NCBI RefSeq assembly: GCF_006345805.1
Contig: NC_043004.1
Coordinates: forward strand, 78,368,001-78,432,000
Direction: 5' to 3'
DNA length: 64,000 nt
DNA from: Octopus sinensis
Taxonomy: Eukaryota
Notes under the pieces: generated by a model
Told to the model about the DNA's origin: nothing
Databases searched by the model: none
What the model saw: only the letters and a program-made list of their open reading frames with translations
Made by a program: the position numbers and the translations under genes
Shown here: positions 11,132-25,100 of the stretch, piece after piece
Position numbering within the stretch: the first letter of the stretch is position 1
How the letters are laid out: the number at the start of each line of letters is the position of its first letter

Positions 11132-14100
11132 CAGGCTTCGTTCAGTTTCCATCTACTAAATCTGCTCCCAAGGCTTTGGTTGGCCTGAAGCTATAGTAGA
11201 AGACATTGTGGGACTGAATCCACATTCATGTGACTGGGAAGCAAACTTCTTACCACGCGGCCACGCTTGCGCCTATCTTATTAATTCTATTCTCTTTTTT
11301 AGTTTTTGCTGCTTTTTGTTCTATTCCATGCCATTCTGTTTTGTTTTTCTCTCAGGAGAGCTGGCCCTTGATAACCTTGTTATAACCAAGTCTTGTTGTA
11401 AGGAAGACGTAAAAGGTTTGATGTGCAACCTGTTTATTTTAGCATGTTTTGTTCTATTTTTTTCATTCTGTCCTATTCTCCTATCTTGTTTCCTTTCCCT
11501 TTTCTTGTCCCCTCCACAGGTTGTTGTCAGTGGCTAACATTACCTTTGTGTTGTTTGATTAGTTTCCTTGAAAAAGAAAAAAGAAAAAACGAAACAAAGC
11601 AAAAAAAATCGAAAACAAAAGAAAAGTCGTAACTATTTAATTTGATCTGAAAAATGTTATTTCTTCAGAATTTACCTGCTGACATTTGCTAATCAATCTA
11701 GCCACACGATATCATTATCACTGTAAATCTTATTCGCAGGTCTTTGATTTATCTGTTTCATTTTACGGTACTTGATTAGTGATTAATGATATGTTGAGAG
11801 TAAGTTCCATTTCTTCTGATTCATCTTTGGTTTTTTGTACATCATCAGTAATATGGGCATATGGCGTAGTGGTTAAGAGCATGGGCTACTAACCCCAAAA
11901 TTCCGAGTTTGATTACAGGCAGTGACCTGAATAATAATAATAATAATAATAACATTGAAAAATACCTTAGGAACGAGAACCCAGGTTCGAAATTTCCCCA
12001 AGACACCTGATGAAGGCTGGAGGGTATATCAGCCGAAACATTGTGTTAACAACAAACAAGATGAGGACAAATATCTGTCAAATGATAAATAATGTATCTT
12101 CAGTAATGTTTCTAGAGATCATTAGGTATTTTGGGTTTTCTGACAATGCAACCCTCTCACCTAGTGTTAATCAAGCCCCAGCTTGTGTTTGGTCATCACT
12201 ACCTCGGGAACTGTTCTAGGGTTCATGCCATCACATTCACAACCTTGAAGCTACCTTTGCTGCCTCAGCTGTTAACCTGATGGTCTTCTACCTACAGGTC
12301 CCTCTGATGCTCAGCATGGTAAACGTTCTGCAGAGGGATTGGCCTTCAAACCCTCTCCGTCACACCTTGATGGGATCATGTATTGTTTCCAATCCATTGC
12401 TTTGGCGGGACTCCACCAGCTCAGTGAAAAGACGGATGTTGTTGTTTTATTGATATGATATCTGGATCCACTTTTAATTAAAAGAGTATTTACTGTAAAT
12501 AAATAAATTATGGTGCTGTATATAAGTTGATGATTAAAAATAAAAATTACAATGCTTAGGTTAGACCAAGTGTTGTGAGCATGGCGAATGAGTTGCTCTT
12601 GTATTTTAAGTGAGTAGAAAACTTGGAATTGAAAGAGGTCAAGTGGAAGTATTTATTCCTCTCGGCAGCTAGGAATCCTGTTCAATGATGTCAACATCTA
12701 TAGCAGTGTTGTCATTATTACTTTCCTCTTTCAGTTCTAAATAAAGTAACTCAAGTGTTTCTTTGTAACTTAATGTCTCCAGACATCCAACTCCACCTTT
12801 CATAGTTAGGTTTTATTAATAAAATTATCTTTAAAATAAACTAAAAATATTGCAAATTTATACAAGAATATATTTGAACAGATTTGTTTTTCTCAAAAAA
12901 AAAAATAATTAATTTAATTTCTTAACTATCACAGAAATTAGTGATTGAACCTTTCCATTGATGCCCTGTTAACAAATACAAAGAATCAGTCACATTTTTC
13001 ACACACAATTATTCTTTGTCTCTCCAAGTAATTTTATTAATTTATTTGGTATAAGAGTGCAGACTTTACCATTTATTTGTCAATATAGTTTAGTTTCACC
13101 TTACAAGGATCAGCAGAATTTGTTGAAGGTACCTCTGGCCAGTAACTGCTCTACCCAAAAATTCCTTCCATATGTTTGTTCACCTTGGTATTGTCAGGAA
13201 GAAAAGGGCTGTCCAAAATTGCCCCTTCATCTCATGACATCATTTTCCCCTTGCTTCTGGTCCTGATGTCACCCTTGCTTCTTCACTTCTCGTCCTGGCA
13301 TTGCCCATCACTCCTCCATATCCCTGCTAAACTATTTAGTAAATTAAACTTTCCTTAGGCTGTTAGTTTTGTTTTGAACCCAACAAAATTTCTCAGATAA
13401 ATATATCTATCCTTCATTTTCTCTGTAAATAGTATTAGCTAATTAAAACTAATTAACAAAAATTAGATGACTACAACACCAATTATTAACTTCCTTGCTA
13501 CATAATAAGTCATAATGTTTACAACCAATGATAAACTATGGCTACAGATGCTTAGCTACAAACAGTGACATCACCACTTGTGCTGCAACAGGTGAGATTC
13601 CTTGTCAACAAATCATCCACTGGCTCTGTACTTTTGAATTCCTTTGAAATAAAAACAAAATCCCTTTCTTGAAAAGCTGGTAAGGGTTAGCAACTGGAAG
13701 AGTATCCACTTATAAAAAAAAAAACCTCCTGCCTCAGTTACCTCCCTTTCTAAGTCATGCTACCATGAGAAAACAGACATCAAACAGAATGAATGAATGG
13801 ATTTAAATGCAACTTTGTGGATAATCCAGTGGTTATTACATGTGCCACAATGAAAAAAACAAAAAAAACAGATTATGTTGGTATTGAAAAGTAAAACTGG
13901 ATGTTATTAATCCCTTTTTAATATGAGATATATGTAGATTATCTCAATTATTGGATTTGTGCTTAATCAGAAGATTTAGACAGTCTTCCTTATTTGTAGT
14001 TGAGAGAAAGAGAAAAGAAATTCTGGAATATTCTTTAACAGGATTTATGAGGGAATTGTGTAAAATTGCAATGGTCAGTGCTTACTTCTGGATTGGTCAG

Positions 14101-16132
14101 TATTTGCTAACGAAAGTAGGATGACTTGGGTGGATTACAGACTTAACCCTTTGGCATTTAGATTATTCTGTTAAATGTAATGCTTGTTTATTCATGCAAG
14201 GAATATGTTGAGAGTCCATCAAACAAAAAACACCTTACATTAATTTGAAATGAGAACTATGAGCAGTTTCGAATTAGTCAGCCTGCTAATTATGTTAATG
14301 ACGTTTCTTTGGAAGCAGTCTCAAATTTTGTTGGTAGGAAATGGTGTGGTGGAGGTCCCATTGTATGTATGGGAGCTGCAGCCAAACCCTATTGAAGTAG
14401 GGTCAACTAGTACATCAGTCCTTGGTCCAGGGAATATCTGTGATTATTTTCTGGGCCCCTTCTTAAAAAGGAAATGACCTTTACTGTTCCCTTTGGTTGT
14501 AAGAGGTTCCCCACATTTGGGGCCCAAAGACAGTCTTGTGGTTTGTCGAATTTCTCTAAGATGTCCTAATTGTAGTCAAGTCTTACAACCATGGATTTAT
14601 ATAACCAACATGAAACAGGCTTGTTATTGATATCTTTTGTAAGTATCAAAGAAAAATAAATAAAAGCACTTTGTTTTTATGAACAGCTGAAGTTGAAGTA
14701 AGTTCAATTAGTTTAGGATTCCTCAAAACCAAAGTTTTGTTATAAAATTGATTACTTTTGACTAATTACAAAATTCAATATTTAATTTCAAGATCTAGTC
14801 TATATTTTGAATGTGGGGTGGGAGGAAGTCCTTGATTATTTAAATGTTAAATTCTGTTGCTGCAAATTCCTATCACAAAAGACAGTTCAGCTGTGATCAT
14901 TCTGCTCTTTCATGGCATAGTGTACCTATGATTACATTGTTCAATGTCTCCTTCCATTTCTAAGATGGTAGGATGTGATTTGAGGGAAATGTGACTGCTA
15001 TCTTTAACAGGTCAGGTGATCATATAAAGGCTTTTTCATTAGCTTATCTAAATGCAGTTGTTCTTATCTCACTAAAATCTTTGATGGAGAGGAACTGTTA
15101 GGTTTGTAATTTTTAATTTGTTTACGAAAACACGGGTCTGGTTTCTAAATATAAATATCACAGGTCACCACATTGACAGAACCTCATTGTACAACAATGA
15201 AGATCTTTACTATTGTTGCACCTTTATATGTAGGAGAGATCAAAGTTTGAGGTGGACTTCGCTTACTACTAAAAGGTGAGGCATGATTACAATCAACAAC
15301 AGAAGCACATATGAGCAACTTCATGTGTGTTGCTCTACTTCCATTTACTTCCATTTTCATTTCAGCAATTAAGGATTTTTTTCTGAGACTATTTCTTTTC
15401 TAGCCTTTATCAATTTGAAAACTTTTTTAATATTTAAAGAATATTTACACATTGTATGGCTAGTTTGATACAGTGCATGTGTTGGTAATATTCCCTTTGC
15501 TTTCCTTCACTAACTCTTCCACATAACCTTTTTGCATGGATATTTTTTCATATTTAAGGGTTTTTAAAAAATATTTTATTTTACTTTTTAAAGCAAGCTA
15601 TAGTTTGTAGAGTTACCATTCCAATGAAGAATGAAAATTTAGTGATGCTCCAGCATGTCAGACAATCTCATTTTACTTCAAATTCTGAGAGATTCCTCTC
15701 CCATTTTTGTTCCTCGTGGCAAATAGTAATAATGATAATAATAGTAGTAGTAGTAGAAATAATGGTTTCAAATTTTGACATAGGGCTAGAAGTTTTTGAG
15801 GGGACAGAGGAAGGACGATTACATTGGCCGCAGTACATGACTGATACTTATTTTATTGTTTCCCAAAAGACGAAAGGCAAAGTCAACCTTGGCAGAATTT
15901 GGTCTTAGAACATAAAGATGGATGGAACGCCACTCAGAACGTAATGATACTAATAATCCTTTCTACTGTAGGCACGAGGTCAAGAAATTTGGCAGAAAGG
16001 GGCTACTTGATGACATCGACCCCTAAAAGGATGCAAGGCAAAGTTGACCTCAGAATTTAAAGACAGACAAAATATCACTAAACATTTTGTCCAGCATGTT
16101 AACGATTCTTCCCGCTCATTACCTTAATAATG

Positions 16133-16163
<31 letters not shown>

Positions 16164-19100
16164 CTATTCAATAACTACCTCTATATTTATCACTATTTCA
16201 ATTTGTTTTAAGTGTGTTTAAAAGAAATTGAAATAGTTACTCCTTGTTTAGTATTAAGAGCTAATTACCCTGATTGCTTTCTTTAATTTAGCCTCAGTTG
16301 TTTAATTGTTGAATTCTTGTCAGAAAAGTTGGATTCATATTTATTCTTTGCATCTTCTTTCTTGTTCTTTGATTGAAAATCCAAACTTCTCATCTCACCA
16401 TGTTTGATTGAGAAAAGATTACCTCCCTTGCTATAAACTGACCACCAGGTCATGCCACATGTTAACATTTTATTAGATTGCACTCTAAAAGGTGTCCATT
16501 TTCAATTTAAGCATTCAGATTACTCTGTTAAATGTAATGTTTATTTATTAGCATTGCTTTGAATTAATCCTGTATTATCTCGTATCTCTGAGATTTCAAT
16601 GATGTGATTTTTTTAATTTTTGGAATGACATTTTTGGGTAGATGTGAGGGGTTTGAAAATAAAACCTAGAATATTTGGGGCTAGTCAAGGGGATATTCAT
16701 GATTAATTTGTGTTTCTATGTCTTTGTGCCCCCCGCCCCCTCAAATATTTGGAGGGATAAGTCAATTACATAAATTCCCATTAATTTTATTGACTTCAAA
16801 AGGATGAAAGGCAAAGTCAACCTTGGCAGAATTTGAACTCACAATGTAAAGATGGACCAAATGTTACTAAGCATTTTCCCCGTTGTGTTAACACTTCTGC
16901 CAGCTCACCTTCTTTTATGCGCCAAGGGAAATATTAAACCCATTTTGTTTAAAGAAATGTCTTAAATCTATAGAATATGGTTGGTTATTTTTAAGATCCC
17001 TAAAACAATGTTTAATCACTTTTAACTGAGTACGAGATTGGTTATTTATGGGGACATTGACCCCAGTATATTCTGATGCCAGTTTTACTCTTGAGGAAAA
17101 CTAGCTACAAAATTGACTTCAGTGGAGCTTGAACTTGGAATGTGAACACAAGAATACTTGGCACTATACTACTGTTTTTATCTGCAACACTTCAGCTGGA
17201 ATATTAAATCATCATCATCATTGTTTTAATGTCCACTTTTTCCATGCTGGCATGGGTTGGATAGAATTTGTTGAGGCAGATTTTCTGCAGCTGGGTGCCC
17301 TTCCTGTCACCAACTCTCATGGCCAGACTTGTTTTTGCATTAACAATGATCATGTGATGTCGAGGCAAGATACAAGTTCTTTTGGTTTCTGTCTTCCAAA
17401 TCTATTGGAAGACATTTGCTCAAGGTGCCATATAATGCTAAAGGCTTTATCTTTAATTTAGATTTATTTCCTAATTTAGTCTATTAATTCATTCAATGAA
17501 TCAGTTCAGAGTGAAACTCTTAAAATGTTGGGGGAGGAGACCAGTTGATTAGATCGACCCCAGTACATGACTGGTACTTAATTCACCCCCCCCCCTCCCA
17601 AAAGATGAAAGGCAAAGTCGACCTCAGCAGAATTTGAACTCAGAACGTAAAGACAGATGAAATACCACTGATCATTTTGCCCAGCATGCTAACGGTTCTG
17701 CCAGCTCGCCACCTTACAAAACAAAAATATTGATGTTATTTGTGTATTTATTAAAAGTTGGGAAAGTTTGCCAAAAATAACTGGAAAACTGAAATGTGAA
17801 GTGTCTTTGTATGTGTATGTGTGGTTAAGAAGCTTATTTTGCAATCCTATGGTTTGGGGTTCACTTCCAGTGCATTGTAGCCTTGGACCAACCGAAGCGC
17901 CTTGTAAGTGGATTTGCTAGTTGGAAACTGAAAAAAAGCCAACCGTGTGTGTGTTTGTGTGTGTGTTTAGCTTTGTCTTGACATGTGATGATTGTTAACA
18001 ATCATCACCATCATACAAGCAAAGTTCTTCATTTCCAGTTTCCATGAAAATATATGGAGGGATATTACCTTGCTTGGAAACGGGTGAGGGTTGGTGACAG
18101 GAAAGGCATCCGGTTGTAGGAAATCTACCTCAACAAATTCCATCTGATCCATGCAAGCATGGAAAGGTGGACATTAAATGTTTTACTTGTTTCAGTCATT
18201 AGACTGTGACCATACTGGAGTACCACCTTAGTTTATTCATCTTTTAATTTATTAAGCCTGGCACTTATTCTTTTAGTCTCTTCAGCTGAACTACTAGCTT
18301 ACAGGGACATAAACAAACCAACACTGTCGTCAAGTGGTGGTAGGGGACAAACACACATGCACCCATGTGCGCACACAGGCACACACACACACTCATACAT
18401 ACACATACAGACACACGTACACACATACACAATGTGCTTCTTTCAGTTTCTGTCTACCGAATCCACTAACAAGGCTTTGGTCAGCCCAAGGCTATTGTAG
18501 AAAACACTCAAGGTGCCATGCAATGGGACTGAAACCAAAATCACATGGTTGAGAAGCAGTCTTCTTACCACATAGTCACACCTGTATGTGGTTAGTGTGT
18601 ATGTGTGTGTTAGAAAGGTGAAGAAGAATGTCATGGTTTAGTTTGTTTTTTTTAATCAGTTTCTTTATTCCAAGGATTCTTGAGAATCTTCAGACAAAAG
18701 CATTTGAAACATTTTGAGATAATATTTTCCAATAATTTCACACTATATAACAACCATGTTTAATTCTGTGGAATTAAGGGTGGGACATTAATTCTCAAAT
18801 GCATGGCTCTTTGGTATGGGTATTGTACTTATGATTGCTAGATAATGAATTAAATTCCTGGGCAAAACACTTCATTTCACATTCTTCCCGTCCACTCAAA
18901 GGGTGACCCTTTGACAGAATGACCCTCTGACCAGGGGGAATGTTGACCTGCTTACCCAGCCAGCAGAGTGGCATTATTCAAAAGCAGAAACAATGTGAAG
19001 TGCATTGTTACCATCAACATGTAACACCATCCAGTACCATGGTGATGTGATAATAGTTTGTCTTAAAATGAACCTAATCATTGAGAACTAATGAAATTCT

Positions 19101-22100
19101 CAACACATTTTTTTTTTGTTTTTATAGAATGTAGATCAAACATTTAGAATTACCTGATGTTCAGTTGAGAAAGACTAAATTCATCCAGAAAGTTGCTTCT
19201 GATAGGAACCTATGGTGGAGTTGCCTGTGGACTCTACCCCCTGTGACCCTCCGAAGAATAGTGGTTGTCTAAAATGGACAGGTGGATGGATCATAGTTGT
19301 TATGTAGTATTATCATGGTTCGATTGATCATGGTGATGATGATGAAGATGATATTTAATACTTTAGGGACCTAATTACAGCTTCTGTTTTTTTTTTTTAC
19401 TCTCACAGAGATTGTTCTTTGATTTTTGGAAAGACTCTGCAGAAAAACCATTCTTATTTGTCCCAAGCCATTGTTTCAAAGTTAGCTGTTCTACTGTCAA
19501 CTTTTTTCTAATCACTACCTCCAAGAATTTACTTTCAAAACATTGTATTTTCTCATTTTCCAAAATTTCTGTAAGCCTTTGAATGTTATTTCTTGCTAAA
19601 AACTTTCGATTACCATTTTAGTTCTCTTTTGTTGATTTCCCATATTCTTTATCTCCTGCTTACCCCCAAGTTGGTTGAGCTAAAACAGTTCTATTCCTGC
19701 ACATAATTTACAATTTAATAAGCAATTGGAGCAATTGGCAAAATAGATTGTACGAGAGAAATTAAAAAGAAGACAAAACCGTGAAAATCTGATTGACAAA
19801 ATGCCTGAAACAGTTCCACACTTCAATCTTATAGTTCTCTTCCTGGCTCAGTCTTTTCACATTTGCCAATATTATTTGCCACTCTTTTCACTTTACTTCA
19901 GAAAATGTCTTGAATGGTGTCTGTTGATGAACATCATTCCAATAAATTTTCCAAATGTTTAACCCTTTAGCATTTCAACTGTCCATATCCAGCCAAAATA
20001 TTTTACCTGTTGTATCTTAAAACCAGCCAGATCTGGTCTCTCACACTGACCCTACAACGCCTTTTTAAAAATGAACAATCATATCATCAGAATCTCAAAA
20101 ACTGTGAGATGCCCTTCCTAACACCAACCACTCTGAAAGTGTAGTGGCTGCTTTTTATGTGCCACCGGTACGAGGGCCATTCAGGCAATACTGGCATCAA
20201 CCATGCTTGAACAGTGCTTTTTATGTGCCACCAGCATGGGACCAGTGAGCTGGCACTGGCTCAAGCCAGCCAACCCACCTTGATAAACTAGTCAATACAC
20301 AGCTAAGAGGGCTCAGCAATTGGCAATGTGTCAGAAGCAGCATCAACTGTCTGCTGTTCCTCGACTCTTGAATCTCCAATTTATTAAACTATAAACAAGT
20401 TACTACCGTTCATCCCTGTAAGGATAATAGGATATTTTGACTCCTAGTGTTGAACACAGCCTCCTGTGGGATTTTGGAGATTTGTATCTGAGACACGAAC
20501 ATTGAAGATAAGCACCAGCCCATCTTTTTATTTTGGAGTTTTAGGAGTCTGCAAAAAGACAAACAGACAGCAGACATACAAAATATGTTGTGAAGTAATA
20601 TTCTAGAGGTTCTTTGTGATGACATAATTTTTTAATGAAGATGATGGAGTATTGACCTCACTCTTGGAGACGAGTGTCATGTTTTTATTTAAACGTCTAT
20701 GCCATGTTTATAATTACACATGTAGACTATGATTCGAATGGTTTTATTTTCCCTCAAAGTGTAGTGGAGTTAGTTGTATACATAAAATAAAAGAAAAGAG
20801 AAGTTTCATCTCCAAAGACTAGATTAATAACAAAAAAAAAGCCCCACGATTAAGCTGTCAGTAAGCAATTTGTCAGAGACATTTATGTTTGTAGCTTTTA
20901 CCTTTTGCTTGTTTCAGTCATGTTACTGTGGTCATGCTGGGGCATTGCCTAGAAGAATTTTTAGCCGAATGATTTAACCCCATTATTTTTGTTCTTAAGA
21001 CTGGTACTTATTCTATTGGTCTCTTTTGCCAAACTGCTAAGTTACAGGGACGTAAACACACTAACACAGGTTGCCAAGCAGTGTGGAATTTAAACAAAGA
21101 CAGGCACACAGAAATAAATATATATATATATATATATGACGGGCTTCTTTCAGTTTCCATCTCTCAAATCCACTCACAAGGTTTTGGTCGACTCAAGATA
21201 CTTGCCCAAGGTGTGACATATTGGGACTGAACCCATAACCATGTGGTTAGAAAAAAAACTTCTTACCACACAGCCAAATCTGTCCCTATATGTTGAATTA
21301 TGTTTGTAATTTATGCAGTATTATGGCGTCTAGTTGTTATGTTAGTAAAGGCGAGACACTTATCTTGCCAATTTGATTTGGTTACTGTCAATTGCAGTCA
21401 GTGTGATCTGGTCAGTATGGTCTGGTGTTCGTAATAAACCTGCATGATACTTCATAGAAACTTGAAAATAATGATGTATATATTCGCAGCAATGTGGTAC
21501 TGAAATATTTTATATTAACACTGTTTATGATATGTTAGGCATTCTGTCAGTGTTTGCACTATTAGAGTCCAACATCCTGCTAATCTTCACAGGATTGAAG
21601 TGCCATTTCCTGTTAAGGTGAGTCAGAGGAACTAATCTGCCAGAATTATGGAGTCTAGCTAACACACCAGTGTCAGTAATTGTGGTTTGTGTCATTCTGT
21701 GTCAGCAATGTAATGTAAATATCTTGTTAGCCCTTAGAAGTCTTTAAAGCTGATGTCTAGCTTTAGTTTCACTGTGAAATAGAGGAGAAATAAGGACTTG
21801 TCTATTACCAAATTATCTGGTGCTTGTTCTTGAGAGTCAAGTGAATTGAGGAAATGTATCGATTAAAGTGTAATCCAAAATAAGTAAATGAAATGATTGG
21901 GCTTTCTATCAGACTGTATTTGGCCAGTTTGGTTCTACAGTGTCTACAAAAAGTTGAGGGTTTCACTGTGTTGGTGTTCATAATACTGGAGTGTGTTTCT
22001 GTGATACACAGGTGTATTACAATGATGCTAGAGTGTGTATACCTGTGTTGATATCAACAATATTGAAGTACATCAGATGTTGATATCACCCTGTCTCATG

Positions 22101-25100
22101 AAAGCTTCAATATTTCTTTATATTTTATCTTTCTTTTAGTTCTTCAAACTGTTTTACTGAAAAATTTTTGTTCCTGTTTCCTTAATGTTATGCTTCAGTC
22201 TTGGAGTACCTGCAAACGAGATGGGCACTGTTCCCTCCTCGGCTCACTTCTTCATAAGAATCTCAATCACACGCACTACAACAAAAATGATTATTGTCTT
22301 TCATTTATCGTCCTCCACCTAATTGTTTAGCAAACACTTCACTTAACCAAAATTCGAAACCATTTTTTCCTTTTTTAGAATATTTGCTAAATCCTTTATA
22401 AAGCCATTCTATGATTTCTGAGGACATTTTGTTATTGATTAAATGCTACTTAAATCTTTTTATGGCATTTGATCAGGTTGTTAAGCTCATAATTATTTCT
22501 CAAGTATTTTCCCAGTCGAAAACTAATCTCATTCGTTCTCTTATGGTGTGTATATGTGTACAACACAAATATACATAGTTTATACATTTATATGCACACA
22601 CACACATCCATTTATATAAATTATGTATGTGTGTATATATATATATATTATATATATATATATATAATGTGTGTGTATACACCCAAGCACATACACACAC
22701 ACACCTATAGTTAGTCAACATATATATTTGTGTGTGTATTCATCTATTTGTATTGCATGTTATGTACTTTTCATCATAAAGTAGTTTGTGTTAAACTTTA
22801 TAACATTTATACTGTCATAATTACTGACACCAGGTCTTAGTCTTATTATAATTAAGACCTAATTAAACCAGTGATGTTCAGTTTGATCATCTGTAGCTTT
22901 CTTACTAATAGCCGAATGGGAAGCATTACACTTGAATTGGTGGTGGTAGTAGTATGAGTAGATACTTCTATTGATGGGTAGCAGTGTTAGTTGATATAAC
23001 TGTTAAAGTGGCAGTGGTGTTAGTAGACATGTCTGTTAAGGAGTAGTGGTGTCAGTAGACTTTACTGTTAAAGTGGTAATAGTGTATCTGTTGTTATTAA
23101 TTCTGACGAGAAGGCCATGAAATAAAAAAGCAGTAGAGTTCCAGGTTCAAATTCTTTGTAGGATTTGGTTCTGTCCTTCTGTATCCTGAGATCAAATTCT
23201 GCCAGAGTTCACTTGGTCAGTCAATCTTCCAGGGTTGTTAAAATGTGTACCAGTGAAATACTGGTGGTGGGGTTTAGTTCTCTCAACTGTAGCTATTCTC
23301 TTCAAAATCCATGACGTTGTGAAAGTTATTACAACTGGCCTTACTGTAGAAGACAGAAAATATTCAAGAAAAGTGGTTCTCAACCATTTTTTTTTACCTA
23401 TGGACCCCTTTCATACCTTTTTTTTTACTCAACTGGACTGGCGTTACCATTCAGTGTATAAAGAAAACCCTGTTGTATTTTTATAATTAAATATTATTTG
23501 GAAGTGAATAAAAAAAATTTAAATATTTTGTGTATTGTAGAAGTGTAACTAACTTATTGCACATAACATTTTAACAGCAAAATCTTCTATGTTTCCCCAA
23601 GGGCCGTGTGGACCCTGGTTATGAACCACTGTTCGTCTCCATTGTATCTTGAACCAATTCTTTCAAATACCAGATGGTTTTTGCCTCTTCTTTTTTTTTT
23701 TTTTTTTTTACAAAGTCTTCATTGCATTCTTTGTAAGATGGCACAGACAGAATTAAAAAAAACTCAATCTTCAGCAATTCCACAGAGTTTCTTTATATTA
23801 TCATTTGGCTGTGGTCTGTCACCTTCTGAGTTCAAATCTCACTGAGGCCCATTTTCTCTTTCTTCCTTCCAAGGATTGATAAAATAAAGAATCAGTCAAA
23901 ATATTGGGATTGATATAATCACCTTTTTCCTTCCCTCCTGCTCTGGCCTTGTGCTTAGCATTTTTTTCTGGCTCTTTACTTTCTGAGTTCAAATACTGCC
24001 AAGGTTGACTTTGCCTTTCAACCTTTCAGGGTTGATAAAATAAAGTACCAGTCAAATACTACAGGTGATGTAATTGATTTCCACGTCTCCTTTAAAATTG
24101 CTGGTCTTGTGCCAAAAATTAGAAAGAATTATTCTTGGACATTGGTAGATGGACAGAATTGTTCAGAATTGGTAAAATTGCTTTGTCGTATTTAGTTGTA
24201 ATCCAATATGATCTGAGTTCAAATCCTTCAGAAGCCAGCTTTACCTTTCATTGTTCTGGGGTTAGGAAAATAAGTCCTGTTCAAATACTCAAGTAGATTT
24301 AATTGACTGACCTCTTCCAAACTTGGTGGCCCAGCTTCAATGTTACAAACTATAATTGTTGTTGTTTTGAAACATAATATTAAAATGCTTTGCCAACCAG
24401 TTTCCTGTTGTCAAGACCTCATGAATATTTTAGTCTTGTAGAATCAATATCAGACTTTTTACATTGCAACAACAGAATATTTTTATCACTCTGTCTCTGT
24501 TGTGAGGTTTATTATTTTACTGAACAATTACAAATAAGAGAATGTTTTAAAAGTAGAACCCGGGTTTCTTAAACATTTACTCAGCTTTTTCGGTGCCAGT
24601 TTGAACTATTTCTTCAAACACACTACTTTCTTGATTAATCCTTTTCTTACCATATGTCAACAGAAATATGGTAAGAAGGTGTATGATTGATTGGTTAGAG
24701 TGTTAGGCTCACAATCATGAGGTTGTGAGTTCAAATTCCTGAACCATGCTGTGTGTTGTGTTCTTGAGCAAGACACTTTATTTCATGTTGCTCCAGTTCA
24801 CTCAGCTGTAGAAATGAGTTGCGACATCACTGGTGCCAAGCTGTATTGACCTTTGCCTTTCCCGTGGATAACATCAGTGGCATGAAGAAGGGGAGGCTGG
24901 CATGCTGGGCTTCTATAAACAGCCTGGAATTGTGCCATGGTCATTCATGACTGAAGGAGGTCTTTACCCTTCTGTTGAAATACTCTGCCATTATTTCACT
25001 TAATTTTAAAATAATTATGGAGTTACTAAAATTAATTTTGTAATTATGAAGTTGATATTTAGAATGTAAATTAATCTTTTTGATACCAACCCACTCCAAA

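Larger units (their letters stand above)
11835..12435 (-). mobile_element. Decayed HERO-like (R2 group, restriction-like endonuclease) LINE 3' fragment, interrupted by the H2 SINE
   Basis: Minus frame [61 protein letters not shown] resembles the recalled HERO C-terminus (EVGCRGFAGQSL...EAAEKASRWLW), followed by a HERO-like 3' UTR. Confidence 0.65.

Noticed and set aside
20407-20548. Minus-strand exon-like segment with a strong acceptor (nested gene?)
   Set aside because: All three frames hit stops within the 142 nt and no partner exons were found.
21330-22100. Possible ancient L2/CR1 LINE remnant
   Set aside because: No RT motif could be read with confidence.
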